The notes under the pieces were generated by a model. That model searched no databases, was not told the DNA's origin, and saw only the letters and a program-made list of their open reading frames with translations. From Dehalococcoidia bacterium (GTDB taxonomy: Bacteria; Chloroflexota; Dehalococcoidia; GIF9; UBA5629): a stretch of 64,000 nt of DNA. Every line of letters begins with the position of its first letter. Within the stretch, counting starts at the first letter, position 1. The stretch spans positions 1 through 64,000 of the forward strand of contig JBEKIW010000001.1 of the NCBI GenBank assembly GCA_050011565.1, in the 5' to 3' direction. The translations under genes and the position numbers were made by a program. Positions 29,672 to 39,976 of the stretch are shown here, one piece after another.

Positions 29672-31036
29672 ATGAAGAAAATATCAAGGACCATATCCGG
29701 GGTGACGCCGGTGGCTGTCATGGGAAAGCCCATGGGCTGCCCCGGCGAATGCATTTATTGTCCCACCTTCCCTAATGCTCCTAAGAGCTATACTCCGGAA
29801 TCGCCAGCGGTGCTCAGAGCTAAGCTGTGCAATTATGAACCCAAAAGGCAGGTCGAGCGTAGATTGAGGATTATTTTAGACATGGGACATCCGGGTGACA
29901 AGGTAGAACTCATTGTCATGGGTGGAACTTTCCTGGCTTATCCCGAGGCATACCAATACCGGTTCATAAAGGATTGTTACGATGGGTTAAATGGCTGCGA
30001 ATCGCCCACCTTGGAGGCAGCCAAAAAGACGAATGAGACTGCCGAGCACAGGTGCGTGGGGCTGTGCATTGAAACCAGACCGGACTGGTGCCGGGAGGAG
30101 GAAGTCAAGAGAATGCTTGAGTTTGGCACCACGCGTGTCGAGCTGGGTGTGCAGACACTGGACGATGACATCTACCGGTTAGTTAAACGTGGACATAATA
30201 CAGCCGAGGTAGTGAGTGCTACTAAATTACTAAAAGATTATGGCTTCAAGGTCTACTATCACTGGATGCCGGGACTGCCTGGTTCAAACCCCGAGCATGA
30301 CCTGGAGCTGTCGCGGCAGCTTTTTGATGATGACAATTTCAGACCTGACGGGCTCAAACTTTATCCCACGTTGGTAATTGCCGGCACCGAGCTCGAAAAA
30401 TGGTACGAAGATGACCGCTATCAGCCTTATCCGATGGACGACCTGGTAGATTTAATGGTAGGCATTAAAACTAATGTCCCCGGCTATGTCAGGATTCCAC
30501 GGGTGATGCGTGATATGCCCACCAAATTCATAGTGGCCGGCTGCAGAGATTTAGCTTTGAGGAGTGCTCTGAAAAAGAGGATGGAAGAGATTGGCGTCGG
30601 GTGTAAATGTATCCGCTGCCGTGAATACGGGCATCGTCTGAGGGATGGCTTGAAAATCGGCGAGCCGCGGTTGAAAAGATTGGACTATGATGCCTCTGGA
30701 GGGAGAGAGATATTTCTTTCTTTCGAGGACGAGGGGGAGACCATTTTCGGACTGCTCCGCATGAGGGTGGGCTCTCTGGCAGTTGGTAATGGAGACCTGG
30801 TTATGGTCAGGGAATTGCACGTCTTCGGTCAAGAGGTTCCTCTGGGGGAGAAGTATGCCGGGGCAACTCAGCATCGTGGGCTAGGCCTGGACTTGCTCAA
30901 GCAGGCTGAACGAATTGCTAAAGATGAACTTCAAGCTCGGAGAATTGCTATCCTCAGCGGCATAGGTGCCAGAGAATATTTCCGCTACGAATGTGGCTAT
31001 GAGCTGGATGGAGCCTATATGATTAAGCAGCTTTAG
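29672..31036 (+). CDS. elp3: Elp3 tRNA U34 carboxymethyltransferase (radical SAM plus KAT)
   Basis: RTISGVTPVAVM, CPGECIYCP, MGGTF, IETRPD, RVELGVQ, LKLYPT, CKCIRCRE, VRELHVFG, QHRGLG. Confidence 0.95.
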   Translation: MKKISRTISGVTPVAVMGKPMGCPGECIYCPTFPNAPKSYTPESPAVLRAKLCNYEPKRQVERRLRIILDMGHPGDKVELIVMGGTFLAYPEAYQYRFIKDCYDGLNGCESPTLEAAKKTNETAEHRCVGLCIETRPDWCREEEVKRMLEFGTTRVELGVQTLDDDIYRLVKRGHNTAEVVSATKLLKDYGFKVYYHWMPGLPGSNPEHDLELSRQLFDDDNFRPDGLKLYPTLVIAGTELEKWYEDDRYQPYPMDDLVDLMVGIKTNVPGYVRIPRVMRDMPTKFIVAGCRDLALRSALKKRMEEIGVGCKCIRCREYGHRLRDGLKIGEPRLKRLDYDASGGREIFLSFEDEGETIFGLLRMRVGSLAVGNGDLVMVRELHVFGQEVPLGEKYAGATQHRGLGLDLLKQAERIAKDELQARRIAILSGIGAREYFRYECGYELDGAYMIKQL

Positions 31037-31092
31037 GTGAGCTCTCCAGAAAATCACGTTGCCAGGCTTTAGTTTTGCCATTTACGATTGTA

Positions 31093-31206
31093 AATCTTAA
31101 AAACCAAATATTAAACCCCCAACAATATCAAAATTCAAATTTTCTAAATTGGAAACATCTGTGGTTTGAACTTGTTTAGAGTTTAAAAATTTGATATCAG
31201 GATTTC
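31093..31206. repeat. A/C-rich then T/G-rich degenerate inverted-repeat element
   Basis: AAATCTTAAAAACCAAATATTAAACC... followed by ...GGTTTGAACTTGTTTAGAGTTTAAAAATTTGATATCAGGATTT, located between convergent genes. Confidence 0.55.
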
Positions 31207-31226
31207 TATGTCCTTAGGGAGCAAAC

Positions 31227-32213
31227 TTAAATCCTGTCCGTATACAGATGGCAGGACACGAAGTGGCCTTCAGATAATTCATCAAGCTCCGGTTCTACTT
31301 GACTGCAGATTGGCAGTACCCGATGGCATCTGGGATGGAAGTGGCAGCCGGGTGGTGGATTCAGGGGGGAGGGGACATCACCGCGCAGCAGTATTCTATC
31401 TTTATCTTTTGGCTTAAAGCTGGGGACTGCCGAAAGTAGAGCTTCCGTATAAGGATGTAGAGGATTTTTAAAGAGTTCATTTTTATCGGCCAGCTCCACG
31501 ATTTTTCCTAAATACATTATGGCTACTCTGTGCGCCATATGCCTTATCACTGACAAGTCGTGGGCGATGAATAAATAAGCCAGCCCGAACTTCTCCTGGA
31601 TATCCATCATCAGATTTAGAATCTGAGCCTGTATGGATACATCGAGAGCGCTCACCGGTTCATCGGCAATGATAAGTTTTGGGTTCATGGCTAAGGCACG
31701 GGCGATGCCGATACGCTGTTTTTGACCGCCGCTAAATTCGTGTGGATACAGGTCGACCTGTCCGGCTTCCAACCCAACTTGTTCCATTAACTCAGATACC
31801 CTACGGGTTCGTTTCTTTTCGTCGCCGATATTATGGATAACCAGTGGTTCGCGTATGGAGTCGCCGACAGTCATTCTAGGGTCGAGAGAGGCATCAGGGT
31901 CCTGAAATATTATTTGAATTTCCTTTCTTAATTCTCTAAGTCCTTTTTTATCGAGCCCGGTAACATCAGCACCCCGGTATAGTATTTTACCGCCGGTTGG
32001 TTCCTCCAGCCTGGGAATTGTCTTGCCCAGCGTTGACTTGCCGCATCCTGATTCCCCCACTAAGCCGATGATTTCTCCTTCGCTAATATCAAAAGTCACG
32101 TCGTCTACGGCTTTTATGTCTCCGACGTGACGGGAAAATATGCCGGCCGTTACCGGATAATACTTTTTGAGGTGTCTTATTTGTAACAACTTATCGTTTA
32201 CTTCATGTTTCAT
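31227..32213 (-). CDS. oppF: Oligopeptide/dipeptide ABC transporter ATP-binding subunit
   Basis: GESGCGKST, YPHEFSGGQKQRI, PLHPYTEALL, C-terminal CHFHPRC...CHLY. Confidence 0.92.
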   Translation of the reverse strand: MKHEVNDKLLQIRHLKKYYPVTAGIFSRHVGDIKAVDDVTFDISEGEIIGLVGESGCGKSTLGKTIPRLEEPTGGKILYRGADVTGLDKKGLRELRKEIQIIFQDPDASLDPRMTVGDSIREPLVIHNIGDEKKRTRRVSELMEQVGLEAGQVDLYPHEFSGGQKQRIGIARALAMNPKLIIADEPVSALDVSIQAQILNLMMDIQEKFGLAYLFIAHDLSVIRHMAHRVAIMYLGKIVELADKNELFKNPLHPYTEALLSAVPSFKPKDKDRILLRGDVPSPLNPPPGCHFHPRCHRVLPICSQVEPELDELSEGHFVSCHLYTDRI

Positions 32214-33178
32214 GTGTATAAATGACAGCTTACAGAATGTACGTTGGAGATTGTAGTTTTTAATGGCTCTTTTTGGCTACATATCTTCATTACCCTGGGA
32301 CATCTGGGATGGAAAGTGCAACCTTGAGGCATCTCCAGTGGATTGGGTGTTGTGCCGGGAATCGATGTCAGCCTGTCTGCGGATTTGGAGGTATCGGGCA
32401 AACAGTCAATTAATCCGGCAGTATAAGGATGCTTTGGATTGCCTATTATTTCTGAGACTGGTGCCGTCTCGACGTCTTTCCCGCCGTACATGACCACGGC
32501 ACGGTCTCCTATTTCAGCTACAACAGCCAGGTCATGCGTTATGAATATTGTTGACATTTGTCTCTTTGCCTTTAACTCGCGAAATATGTCTAGAATTTGT
32601 GCCTTTATGGTCACATCTACGGCGGTGGTTGGTTCATCAGCTATAAGAATTTGGGGGTCACAGGACAAGCTCATAGCTATTAGTACTCTCTGTTTCATAC
32701 CGCCCGATAGTTGATGTGGGTAGTAACTCAGCACACTCTCTGCTGAGGGTATGCCCATTTCGCTGAGCAACGTCACAGCCCTCTCTCTAGTTCGGTTATA
32801 ATCCAGCGGCAGATGAAGTTTTATTTGCTCTGTTATCTGGTCACCTATGGTTAATACCGGGTTCAAAGCTGATTGTGCTTCCTGAAAAACAATGGCGATA
32901 TCCTTACCTCTGATTTGTCTCATTTGCTTCGGGGAACATTTAGTTAAGTCCAAGCTATCGTAGCTTATTTGACCATCAACTATTTTCCCTGGCGGACTAT
33001 CAAACAGTCGTAAAATTGACAGTGCGGTGACTGTCTTGCCGCAGCCGGACTCGCCCACGAGGCAGAGACATTCACCCCGTCTGAGTTCGAATTCAACTCC
33101 GTCAACCGCCTTGACTATGCCCCGTCGGGTGAAGAAGTAAGTCTTCAGGTCGCTGACCTTGAGTACTACATTATTCAT
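32210..33178 (-). CDS. oppD: Oligopeptide/dipeptide ABC transporter ATP-binding subunit
   Basis: GESGCGKT, YPHQLSGGMKQRV, DEPTTA. Confidence 0.92.
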   Translation of the reverse strand: MNNVVLKVSDLKTYFFTRRGIVKAVDGVEFELRRGECLCLVGESGCGKTVTALSILRLFDSPPGKIVDGQISYDSLDLTKCSPKQMRQIRGKDIAIVFQEAQSALNPVLTIGDQITEQIKLHLPLDYNRTRERAVTLLSEMGIPSAESVLSYYPHQLSGGMKQRVLIAMSLSCDPQILIADEPTTAVDVTIKAQILDIFRELKAKRQMSTIFITHDLAVVAEIGDRAVVMYGGKDVETAPVSEIIGNPKHPYTAGLIDCLPDTSKSADRLTSIPGTTPNPLEMPQGCTFHPRCPRVMKICSQKEPLKTTISNVHSVSCHLYT

Positions 33179-33186
33179 TCGTATGT

Positions 33187-34149
33187 CTATACATTGCTTT
33201 TAGGATCGAACGCATCCCTTAGCCCATCACCCAAAAAGTTAAAAGCCAGAACTGTCAGGAAGAGCATGATTCCTGGTTCCACGGCTACCCACCAGGCTGT
33301 GTCCAAAGTGTGCTGTCCGGATTCCAGGATTATTCCCCAGCTGGGTACGGATGGGTCGCCCAAGCCGATAAAGCTCAAAGCGGCTTCGGCTAGAATTACT
33401 CCCGGGATAGATAAAGTGGCTATGATGATAATCAGACTGACGACATTGGGTATCAGGTGGCGGAAGATGACCCTGTTATCACTGGCGCCTAAGGCTTTAG
33501 CGGCAACGATAAACTCTCGAGTCCTTAGCGATAGAGATTCGCTTCTAATCAGCCTGGCAGTACCTGTCCAGCCGGTCAGTCCTATTGCCAGTACTATGAA
33601 AGCCAGACTTGGACCAAAAATGAAGACTATTAGAACCAGCAATAGGAAGAAAGGAAAGGTCATCATAACGTCAGTGAATCTCATTAAAGCATTGTCCACC
33701 CAACCGCCAAGGTAGGCCGATAGGACACCGATAATTGTTCCCAGGATAATGGCTATGCCGGTGGCGATGAGGCCAACCAGTAAAGATACTCTGGCTCCGG
33801 AAACTATCATGGCCAGCATATCGCGGCCTTTGCTGTCAGTGCCCAGTGGATGTTTCCACGTTCCGTGGATTTCATTTGTAGTAAATTTATCGCTCTCTAT
33901 GTTGTATGTCGACTGTTGGGTGGTGAAACCAATAGGCGGTATTTCTTTTTCTTCGAAATTTACTGCCGTGGGATCTGCGGTGAAGAAGGGGCCAATTGCG
34001 GCCAATGCAATTAAAAAAATTATGAAAGCCAGGCCGAAGACAGCCAGCTTGTTCCGCCGTGTCCTTTGCCAGTAATAGTCAATAAGCCGTGTGCTGTTAG
34101 ACAGACGTCGGCCGATTTTTCTGACTGCATCCCGTAACGTTTCAACCAT
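33187..34149 (-). CDS. oppC: Oligopeptide ABC permease
   Basis: HPLGTD..GRD, EFIVAAKALGAS, FNFLGDGLRDAFDP. Confidence 0.92.
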   Translation of the reverse strand: MVETLRDAVRKIGRRLSNSTRLIDYYWQRTRRNKLAVFGLAFIIFLIALAAIGPFFTADPTAVNFEEKEIPPIGFTTQQSTYNIESDKFTTNEIHGTWKHPLGTDSKGRDMLAMIVSGARVSLLVGLIATGIAIILGTIIGVLSAYLGGWVDNALMRFTDVMMTFPFFLLLVLIVFIFGPSLAFIVLAIGLTGWTGTARLIRSESLSLRTREFIVAAKALGASDNRVIFRHLIPNVVSLIIIIATLSIPGVILAEAALSFIGLGDPSVPSWGIILESGQHTLDTAWWVAVEPGIMLFLTVLAFNFLGDGLRDAFDPKSNV

Positions 34150-35119
34150 ATCTTATCCTCGGGTCGAGATACGTATAACTAATATCTGTGGCCAGGTTGA
34201 CCAGCAGCACCATAAAAGTGCCGATAAGAGTAACAGCTATCACTACGGGATAGTCGTTGGCAAAGATGGCGTTGAATGATATTTGCCCGAGTCCGGGAAT
34301 ACCGAAGATAATCTCAGTGAGGTAGGCGCCGCCGAAAACGATGCTGCCTAAATCGAACATAATTATGGTGACCAGAGGCAGCAGCGCGTTCCTGAAGACA
34401 TGTTTGCCGATGACAGTCCGCTCGGGCAGACCTTTGGCTCGGGCAGTAGTGACAAATGCTTTCCTTAAGTTATCCAGCATAGCCGACCTGGTATACCTAA
34501 CATAGCCAGCTAACATTCCTGTACCCAGGGTTATGACGGGCAGCACCAATGCTTTCAGATTATCCAGCGAAAATAGAGGTAAAGTGGTGTCATAGTAAGT
34601 CTTGAATAGTCCAAATTTAACTGAAAAAACCAGGATAAGCATGATGCCCAGCCAGAAGTTTGGTATGGATATGCCAATGAAAGAGAGAAAGGTGAGGGCA
34701 TAATCTGTCTTGGTATATTGTTTAACCGCCGAGTAGATACCAATTAGCATACCGAGGATGGCAGCAAACAAACTGCTTAAAAGTATGAGTTGAAAGGAGT
34801 AAATCCAGTGAGCTTTGATTAGCTCAATGACGGGCATTGAGGTGCCGAAAGACCAACCCCAATTCCCGCGGAACAGGTTGCCCAAATAGTTGAAGTATTG
34901 CACGTAGATGGGCTTATCCAGCCCGTACCGCGCCTCAATAGCAGCTGTTACCTGTGCCGGGTCACCTCCCCTGGCAGTTATATTGGCAAGATATTTATCG
35001 GCCGGGGAACTGGGCCCAACTCTGACCAGAATAAAGGTGATAGTTAGTATGCCCCAGGCGATAATTATTGAGTAAATGAGTCTCTTGACGATGTAATCTC
35101 TGAGCCAGCTTTTGCCCAT
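34142..35119 (-). CDS. oppB: Oligopeptide ABC permease
   Basis: YGLDKPIYVQY, SIPNFWLG, TARAKGL..R....HVFRNALLP, LDPRI. Confidence 0.92.
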   Translation of the reverse strand: MGKSWLRDYIVKRLIYSIIIAWGILTITFILVRVGPSSPADKYLANITARGGDPAQVTAAIEARYGLDKPIYVQYFNYLGNLFRGNWGWSFGTSMPVIELIKAHWIYSFQLILLSSLFAAILGMLIGIYSAVKQYTKTDYALTFLSFIGISIPNFWLGIMLILVFSVKFGLFKTYYDTTLPLFSLDNLKALVLPVITLGTGMLAGYVRYTRSAMLDNLRKAFVTTARAKGLPERTVIGKHVFRNALLPLVTIIMFDLGSIVFGGAYLTEIIFGIPGLGQISFNAIFANDYPVVIAVTLIGTFMVLLVNLATDISYTYLDPRIRYG

Positions 35120-35178
35120 TATTGTAGAATGCCGGAGGAGCCGCTAATACGAAATGTTCTGTGTCTTTAGTATAAACC

Positions 35179-36903
35179 TCATTTTACAGGTTCAAAATAC
35201 CACATATAGTAGTTATAACCCATACTTATGCCGGGTTCTATCCCCATGACATTTTTCTGGAAACCGACGTTAGCTCGGTGGAAAATCAAGAAATCTATGG
35301 GCTGTTCTTCCGACAGCACCCGTGACATTTCAGCATAGATTTGCTGTCTCGCAGTTTTGTCCAGTGCCTCTTTAGACTTTATACGATTGAATAATTCATC
35401 AACTTGGGGATTTGAGTAACCAAAGAAGTTAAGGCCGCCTTTGGTGGTAAAGAAGACGCTACTTCCGGACGGAGCCAGCAAATCGGTACTGAACCCCAAC
35501 AAAATAAAATCCCATGATTCCTGGCTGACTGCCTCTGGGCCGTTATTGTCACCTGGTTCCTGCTTTGAGTCTGGGACTGTGTTCATCATGTACTGTCTTA
35601 AAAGAGTTGCCCAGGGCACCAGCTTGATTTCAGTTTCTATTCCCAGTTGCAACAGGTCCTTGCGTATCGAAAAAGCCATGTCCTCGGCCGGTTTGCTGCC
35701 TGTGTTGACAGCCAGAATCAAGTGAAGTGGCGTGCCTTTTTTATCGGTGACTTTTATGGTGCCATTACTATCTTTAATTCCATAGCCCTCCTGATAAAGC
35801 AGTTCAGCAGCCTTCTGTTTATCGTACAGAGGTGCAACACCGTATTTGGCTAAACCCTCATCCGTATACCATGGAGAGGTTGCCGGGATAAAGCTATAAG
35901 CCGGCTCAGCAAAGCCGAGTAGAATTGCCTGACTAATCGTTTGTTTATTTATTGCCATCGACAGGGCTTGTCTCACCGTTTTATCCTTTAACCCTTCCCA
36001 ACCGTTAGCCCGCTGGTTATAAGCCAGTAGCGTATAGCCGGTAGTGGGAATGGTAAATACCTTTATATTGGGCATAGACTTGAACCTGTTTACCTCGGCC
36101 GGTTCAATGCTAGTGGAGGTTATATCGCCTGCTTCCAAGGCCGCTTGTCTTGTCGCCGAGGTGCTGAATAGTTTTACGATATACTGTTGAAAATATGGAG
36201 CGCCAACGTCTTTGCCCAGGTAATAATCAGGATTTCGTTCCACTACAAACCTGTCATTACGGCTCCATTCTTTAAATCGATAAGGCCCCAGGTTACCCGT
36301 ATAAGTCAAGTTATTAAACTCCGGTGCTTGTGTGAAAGCTTCAACGTTACCTTCATATTTTACAGCTATATACTTGGGGTATGGTATTAAATCATAAATC
36401 CTGTAGACAAATTCAGGATAGACCGTTTGCCTAGTTATAGTAAAGGTCGTATCATTTACTACTTGCGGTGCAACTAAGACCGTTTTGCCGTCCACCTCTT
36501 CTTGCCAATAGCTCTTATAGGGATAGTTCAGCCAATCCGAGAACATAAGATTTTTTAAGGTATATACATAGTCCTCGGCAGTAACCGGCGAGCCGTCGCT
36601 CCATTTTAGGTCATCTCTGATAGTTACGGTGTAAACCAGGCCGTCCGGTGATACCTCTATATCCTTAGCCAAGCAACGTAGTTGGATATTCAACTGATTG
36701 TCGTAGGTAGCTAACGAGTCCACTGTGTGCCCGGCATAACTAAAAGAAGTAGCATCGGCTGCCAAAATCCAGTTTAATGTCTCGGCATCACCACCTGACT
36801 CGCCGTCTATAAAATCATTAGTAACTGTGGTGCCTTTGGCGCAACCTGACGTCAAGGTAATCAATACCAGCGCTAAAGCTAAAAAAATTCCGAATTTTCT
36901 CAT
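35179..36903 (-). CDS. oppA: Family-5 substrate-binding lipoprotein
   Basis: Lipobox TSGC, LAKD..VSPDG..YT..IRDDLKWSDG.PVTAED, GPYRFKEW. Confidence 0.88.
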   Translation of the reverse strand: MRKFGIFLALALVLITLTSGCAKGTTVTNDFIDGESGGDAETLNWILAADATSFSYAGHTVDSLATYDNQLNIQLRCLAKDIEVSPDGLVYTVTIRDDLKWSDGSPVTAEDYVYTLKNLMFSDWLNYPYKSYWQEEVDGKTVLVAPQVVNDTTFTITRQTVYPEFVYRIYDLIPYPKYIAVKYEGNVEAFTQAPEFNNLTYTGNLGPYRFKEWSRNDRFVVERNPDYYLGKDVGAPYFQQYIVKLFSTSATRQAALEAGDITSTSIEPAEVNRFKSMPNIKVFTIPTTGYTLLAYNQRANGWEGLKDKTVRQALSMAINKQTISQAILLGFAEPAYSFIPATSPWYTDEGLAKYGVAPLYDKQKAAELLYQEGYGIKDSNGTIKVTDKKGTPLHLILAVNTGSKPAEDMAFSIRKDLLQLGIETEIKLVPWATLLRQYMMNTVPDSKQEPGDNNGPEAVSQESWDFILLGFSTDLLAPSGSSVFFTTKGGLNFFGYSNPQVDELFNRIKSKEALDKTARQQIYAEMSRVLSEEQPIDFLIFHRANVGFQKNVMGIEPGISMGYNYYMWYFEPVK

Positions 36904-37038
36904 ATACTTGCCTTTCTTGATTTTAATGATTTATTTCGATGGTTGTCAGCTCTAAGTTTGGTTTGCTGCTTTATTGTCTTGCCGGACTTGAAACGGTTGA
37001 GGTTCAGAAAACCTTTGTTTGACATAAAATGACTGTTC

Positions 37039-38214
37039 CTAAATAAAACTCGCCTTTAGTTGCAGGATGACTTCGTCAATGCTGTCCGGAGCTTCTGAAG
37101 TAATACGCCTGATAGCTTCATCGACCCTTCCATATTTATGTGTATCGTAAAGGTCGTCTAGTTTCTCATAATAGCCGGCTCTTCTTCCCAGCCTGAAATT
37201 TAACCTTTCTTGGGTAGATAAGGTTAGGTATCTGTTTATTGTATCCAGACAGTCTGATTTTGCCTCCGGAAATTTACCTTCTACTTCAGGCAGTAGGTTC
37301 AATATATGGTCGCTCTTGAGTTCGCTGGTAACGTCGAGCTTTTCGATAAGTTTACCGATCTCTTCTACCACTTCATCTTCCGTTTGGACTTCAAAATCGC
37401 CGGCTTCTACCTTTGACCACAAGGGTATACCGGAACGGATATGCAAGGTGCGTAATCTAATATGGTCCGGGTCAATTTCGTTAAGGACGGTAGCTGTACC
37501 GATAACATGGTCTGATGACATTTTTCTGCCGCCAAGGCCCGGCATTACGTATTCGCATAACGATATACCAGCTTCTTTTACCTTCTTGCCGCCGGCGATG
37601 TGCTCCTCGGCAGTTACTCCTTTTTCCACATAGCTAAGCACCTGATTAGAGCCGCTTTCCATTCCGATATGCAATCGGGAAAGTCCGGCATCTTTGAGTT
37701 CTTTCAATTCTTCCAGTGATTTTTTAGAGGCAGTTTTTGAACGTGCGTAGGAGGTTATCCGGTTCAGCTCCGGGAAATTTTGTTTCAATGAGGAAACTAT
37801 CTTGACTAAGTCGGGTGTCCTCATTATAAGCGTATTGGCGTCCTGGAGAAAGGCAGATGTACCGCCTGCCCAGAGCCAGAGAGCCACGTTGCAGATGCTG
37901 GCATTATATTTATAACTGCTGTAAATTGTTCCTGCCACATTTCTGAATTGGTCGCCGTAGCCCATTTTCCAGGCAAGCTCTTTTATTTCATCGGCGATAG
38001 CTTTCGCCGATTCTATGTCCTTTACCACATCCTCAGCCGGTCTTAGCTCGAACTTCTGTCCCTTGTAAACCGGACAAAACTGGCATCGGTTCCATGGGCA
38101 GTTTCTGGTGGCTCTTATTAGCAGTGAATACGCTTCACTGGGCGGCCTTATTGGGCCCAGTTCTAAGGAATAGTCGGCTAATTTCTTCGCGTCAATGCCA
38201 TAATTCACGTTCAT
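37039..38214 (-). CDS. Radical SAM protein of unknown function
   Basis: GPIRPPSEA..LLIR.TRNCPWNRCQFC, FLQDAN, HIGMESG. Confidence 0.88.
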   Translation of the reverse strand: MNVNYGIDAKKLADYSLELGPIRPPSEAYSLLIRATRNCPWNRCQFCPVYKGQKFELRPAEDVVKDIESAKAIADEIKELAWKMGYGDQFRNVAGTIYSSYKYNASICNVALWLWAGGTSAFLQDANTLIMRTPDLVKIVSSLKQNFPELNRITSYARSKTASKKSLEELKELKDAGLSRLHIGMESGSNQVLSYVEKGVTAEEHIAGGKKVKEAGISLCEYVMPGLGGRKMSSDHVIGTATVLNEIDPDHIRLRTLHIRSGIPLWSKVEAGDFEVQTEDEVVEEIGKLIEKLDVTSELKSDHILNLLPEVEGKFPEAKSDCLDTINRYLTLSTQERLNFRLGRRAGYYEKLDDLYDTHKYGRVDEAIRRITSEAPDSIDEVILQLKASFI

Positions 38215-38349
38215 ATCAATTATTTAAGTTTAATTTTAAACTTTATAGGGCTTAATTTGCAATAATAGACTTATTATCTATCGAAGTGATAACATTCGGG
38301 GAAATTAGGTTACCGGAAAATTGCCTGAAGTTTCGGATAAATAGTAGAT

Positions 38350-38985
38350 ATGGTTAATCCTGGCGATGTTAAGGTAGTCTCTTTCGACGTCGAGGGCACG
38401 CTGGTAACTCCAGATTTTAGCTATGCAGTCTGGTTCGAAGCTATCCCTCGACGATATGCTGAGAAGAATGGTATTAATCTCGAGCAAGCCAGGAAAGCCG
38501 TTGAGGGAGAATATCGTAAGGTCGGTGACCAGAGGCTCGAATGGTATGATGTCCGATATTGGTTCGATAAGCTTGGTTTGGGTACGCCTGTCCCGATGAT
38601 GCAGAGATGTGAGAATCGAGTACGCTACTACCCGGAAGTCAAAGAAGTGCTGGCCTCTTTAAGTGAAAAGTACAAACTGGTTGTGGCTTCTGGGTCAACG
38701 CGAGATTTTCTGCATCATCTTCTTCAAGACATCGAACCTTATTTTTCGGAGATTTATTCTTCGATTACTGATTACAGGCAGTTGAAGACATCCGAGTTTT
38801 ATTTAAAAATGTGTCAGGCAATGCGGGTTGAGCCTGAGCGGGTAGTTCATATTGGGGATAACTGGCAATTCGATTTTATGGCTCCCAGCGAAATAGGTAT
38901 CCACGCCTTCTATCTTGATAGAAAACAGCAAACCGAAAACTCGGTGGCAAACCTACTACAGTTGAAGGTTTACTTGATAGATTGA
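38350..38985 (+). CDS. HAD-family hydrolase
   Basis: FDVEGTL motif I, HIGDNWQFD motif IV. Confidence 0.88.
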   Translation: MVNPGDVKVVSFDVEGTLVTPDFSYAVWFEAIPRRYAEKNGINLEQARKAVEGEYRKVGDQRLEWYDVRYWFDKLGLGTPVPMMQRCENRVRYYPEVKEVLASLSEKYKLVVASGSTRDFLHHLLQDIEPYFSEIYSSITDYRQLKTSEFYLKMCQAMRVEPERVVHIGDNWQFDFMAPSEIGIHAFYLDRKQQTENSVANLLQLKVYLID

Positions 38986-39046
38986 AGGCCCTTCCGAAAG
39001 AGCGCTGTCAGACAATAGAATAACCGCGGTCTTTCAAAATCAGATA

Positions 39047-39976
39047 TCAAAGCCTCTTTATCTTAACTTTAGAGAGTAGCCTTTCTACGTCCTCTCGACG
39101 GCAGAGCTCAGTGCCCGGTGTTAATGTGGCGGCTGTCCCCGCGGCTACTGCCCAGCGACAGGCCTCGTCTATGTCGAGTCCCTCGTTTAGTTTTAAAACC
39201 AGCCCGGCAATAGTCGAGTCGCCAGCGCCTACAGTGCTGCGGACCTCTACCTGGGGTGGTATTGCCTTTATAACCTTTTCTCCGTTCGCGGCTATAAGCC
39301 CCTCTTTACCGCGGGAGATGACTGCGACTTCGATGCCACGATCGACCAGGAGCTTAAGTGCCTTGACAATTGCTGTTTCGCTTCTCAGATGTTTATCGAG
39401 CAACTCTTCGGCTTCATGTACATTCGGTTTGATGACATTTGGTTTAGCCTTTATTCCTTCTTTTAGCCATTTATTGTCCGAATCGAGCACAGTTTTTATA
39501 CCGTTATGTTTAGCCGCCTCTATAAGTTGACGGTATATATCGGCAGGAACCGCAGGAGGGACACTACCGGCGAAGGCCAGATAGTCAGGTTTCGGGCTGA
39601 TATGTTTTACTTTCTGTACTAATTTTTGCAGTTCGTGTCTCATGATATGCGGTCCCGGGGCGTCGATTCTGGTTTGATGGCAAGAGGCTAAATCAGCGAT
39701 TATGAAGTTGCTCCTGATTTCCCCCTTGATTGGGGTGAAGTCAAATGGGACGCCGTGTTGTTGAAGAAGATGCTTTAATGTTTCGCCGTCAATGCCGCCG
39801 ATAAAACCATAGGCAATTGTTTCACCGCCAAGCTCGTGGATGACCCTGGAAACGTTGATTCCTTTGCCACCGGGGTCTCGACGCAAGCTAGTCCAGCGAT
39901 TGGCTTCGTCCATAACCAGTTCCTCAACGGTAACTGTTCTATCCAGGCTGGGATTTAAAGTAACTGTAGCAATCAT
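39047..39976 (-). CDS. pfkB: 1-phosphofructokinase/tagatose-6-phosphate kinase family
   Basis: TVTLNPSLD, GGKGINVS, IKPN..E, STVGAGDS; true start MIATV at 39976, coupled to the pyk stop. Confidence 0.92.
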   Translation of the reverse strand: MIATVTLNPSLDRTVTVEELVMDEANRWTSLRRDPGGKGINVSRVIHELGGETIAYGFIGGIDGETLKHLLQQHGVPFDFTPIKGEIRSNFIIADLASCHQTRIDAPGPHIMRHELQKLVQKVKHISPKPDYLAFAGSVPPAVPADIYRQLIEAAKHNGIKTVLDSDNKWLKEGIKAKPNVIKPNVHEAEELLDKHLRSETAIVKALKLLVDRGIEVAVISRGKEGLIAANGEKVIKAIPPQVEVRSTVGAGDSTIAGLVLKLNEGLDIDEACRWAVAAGTAATLTPGTELCRREDVERLLSKVKIKRL

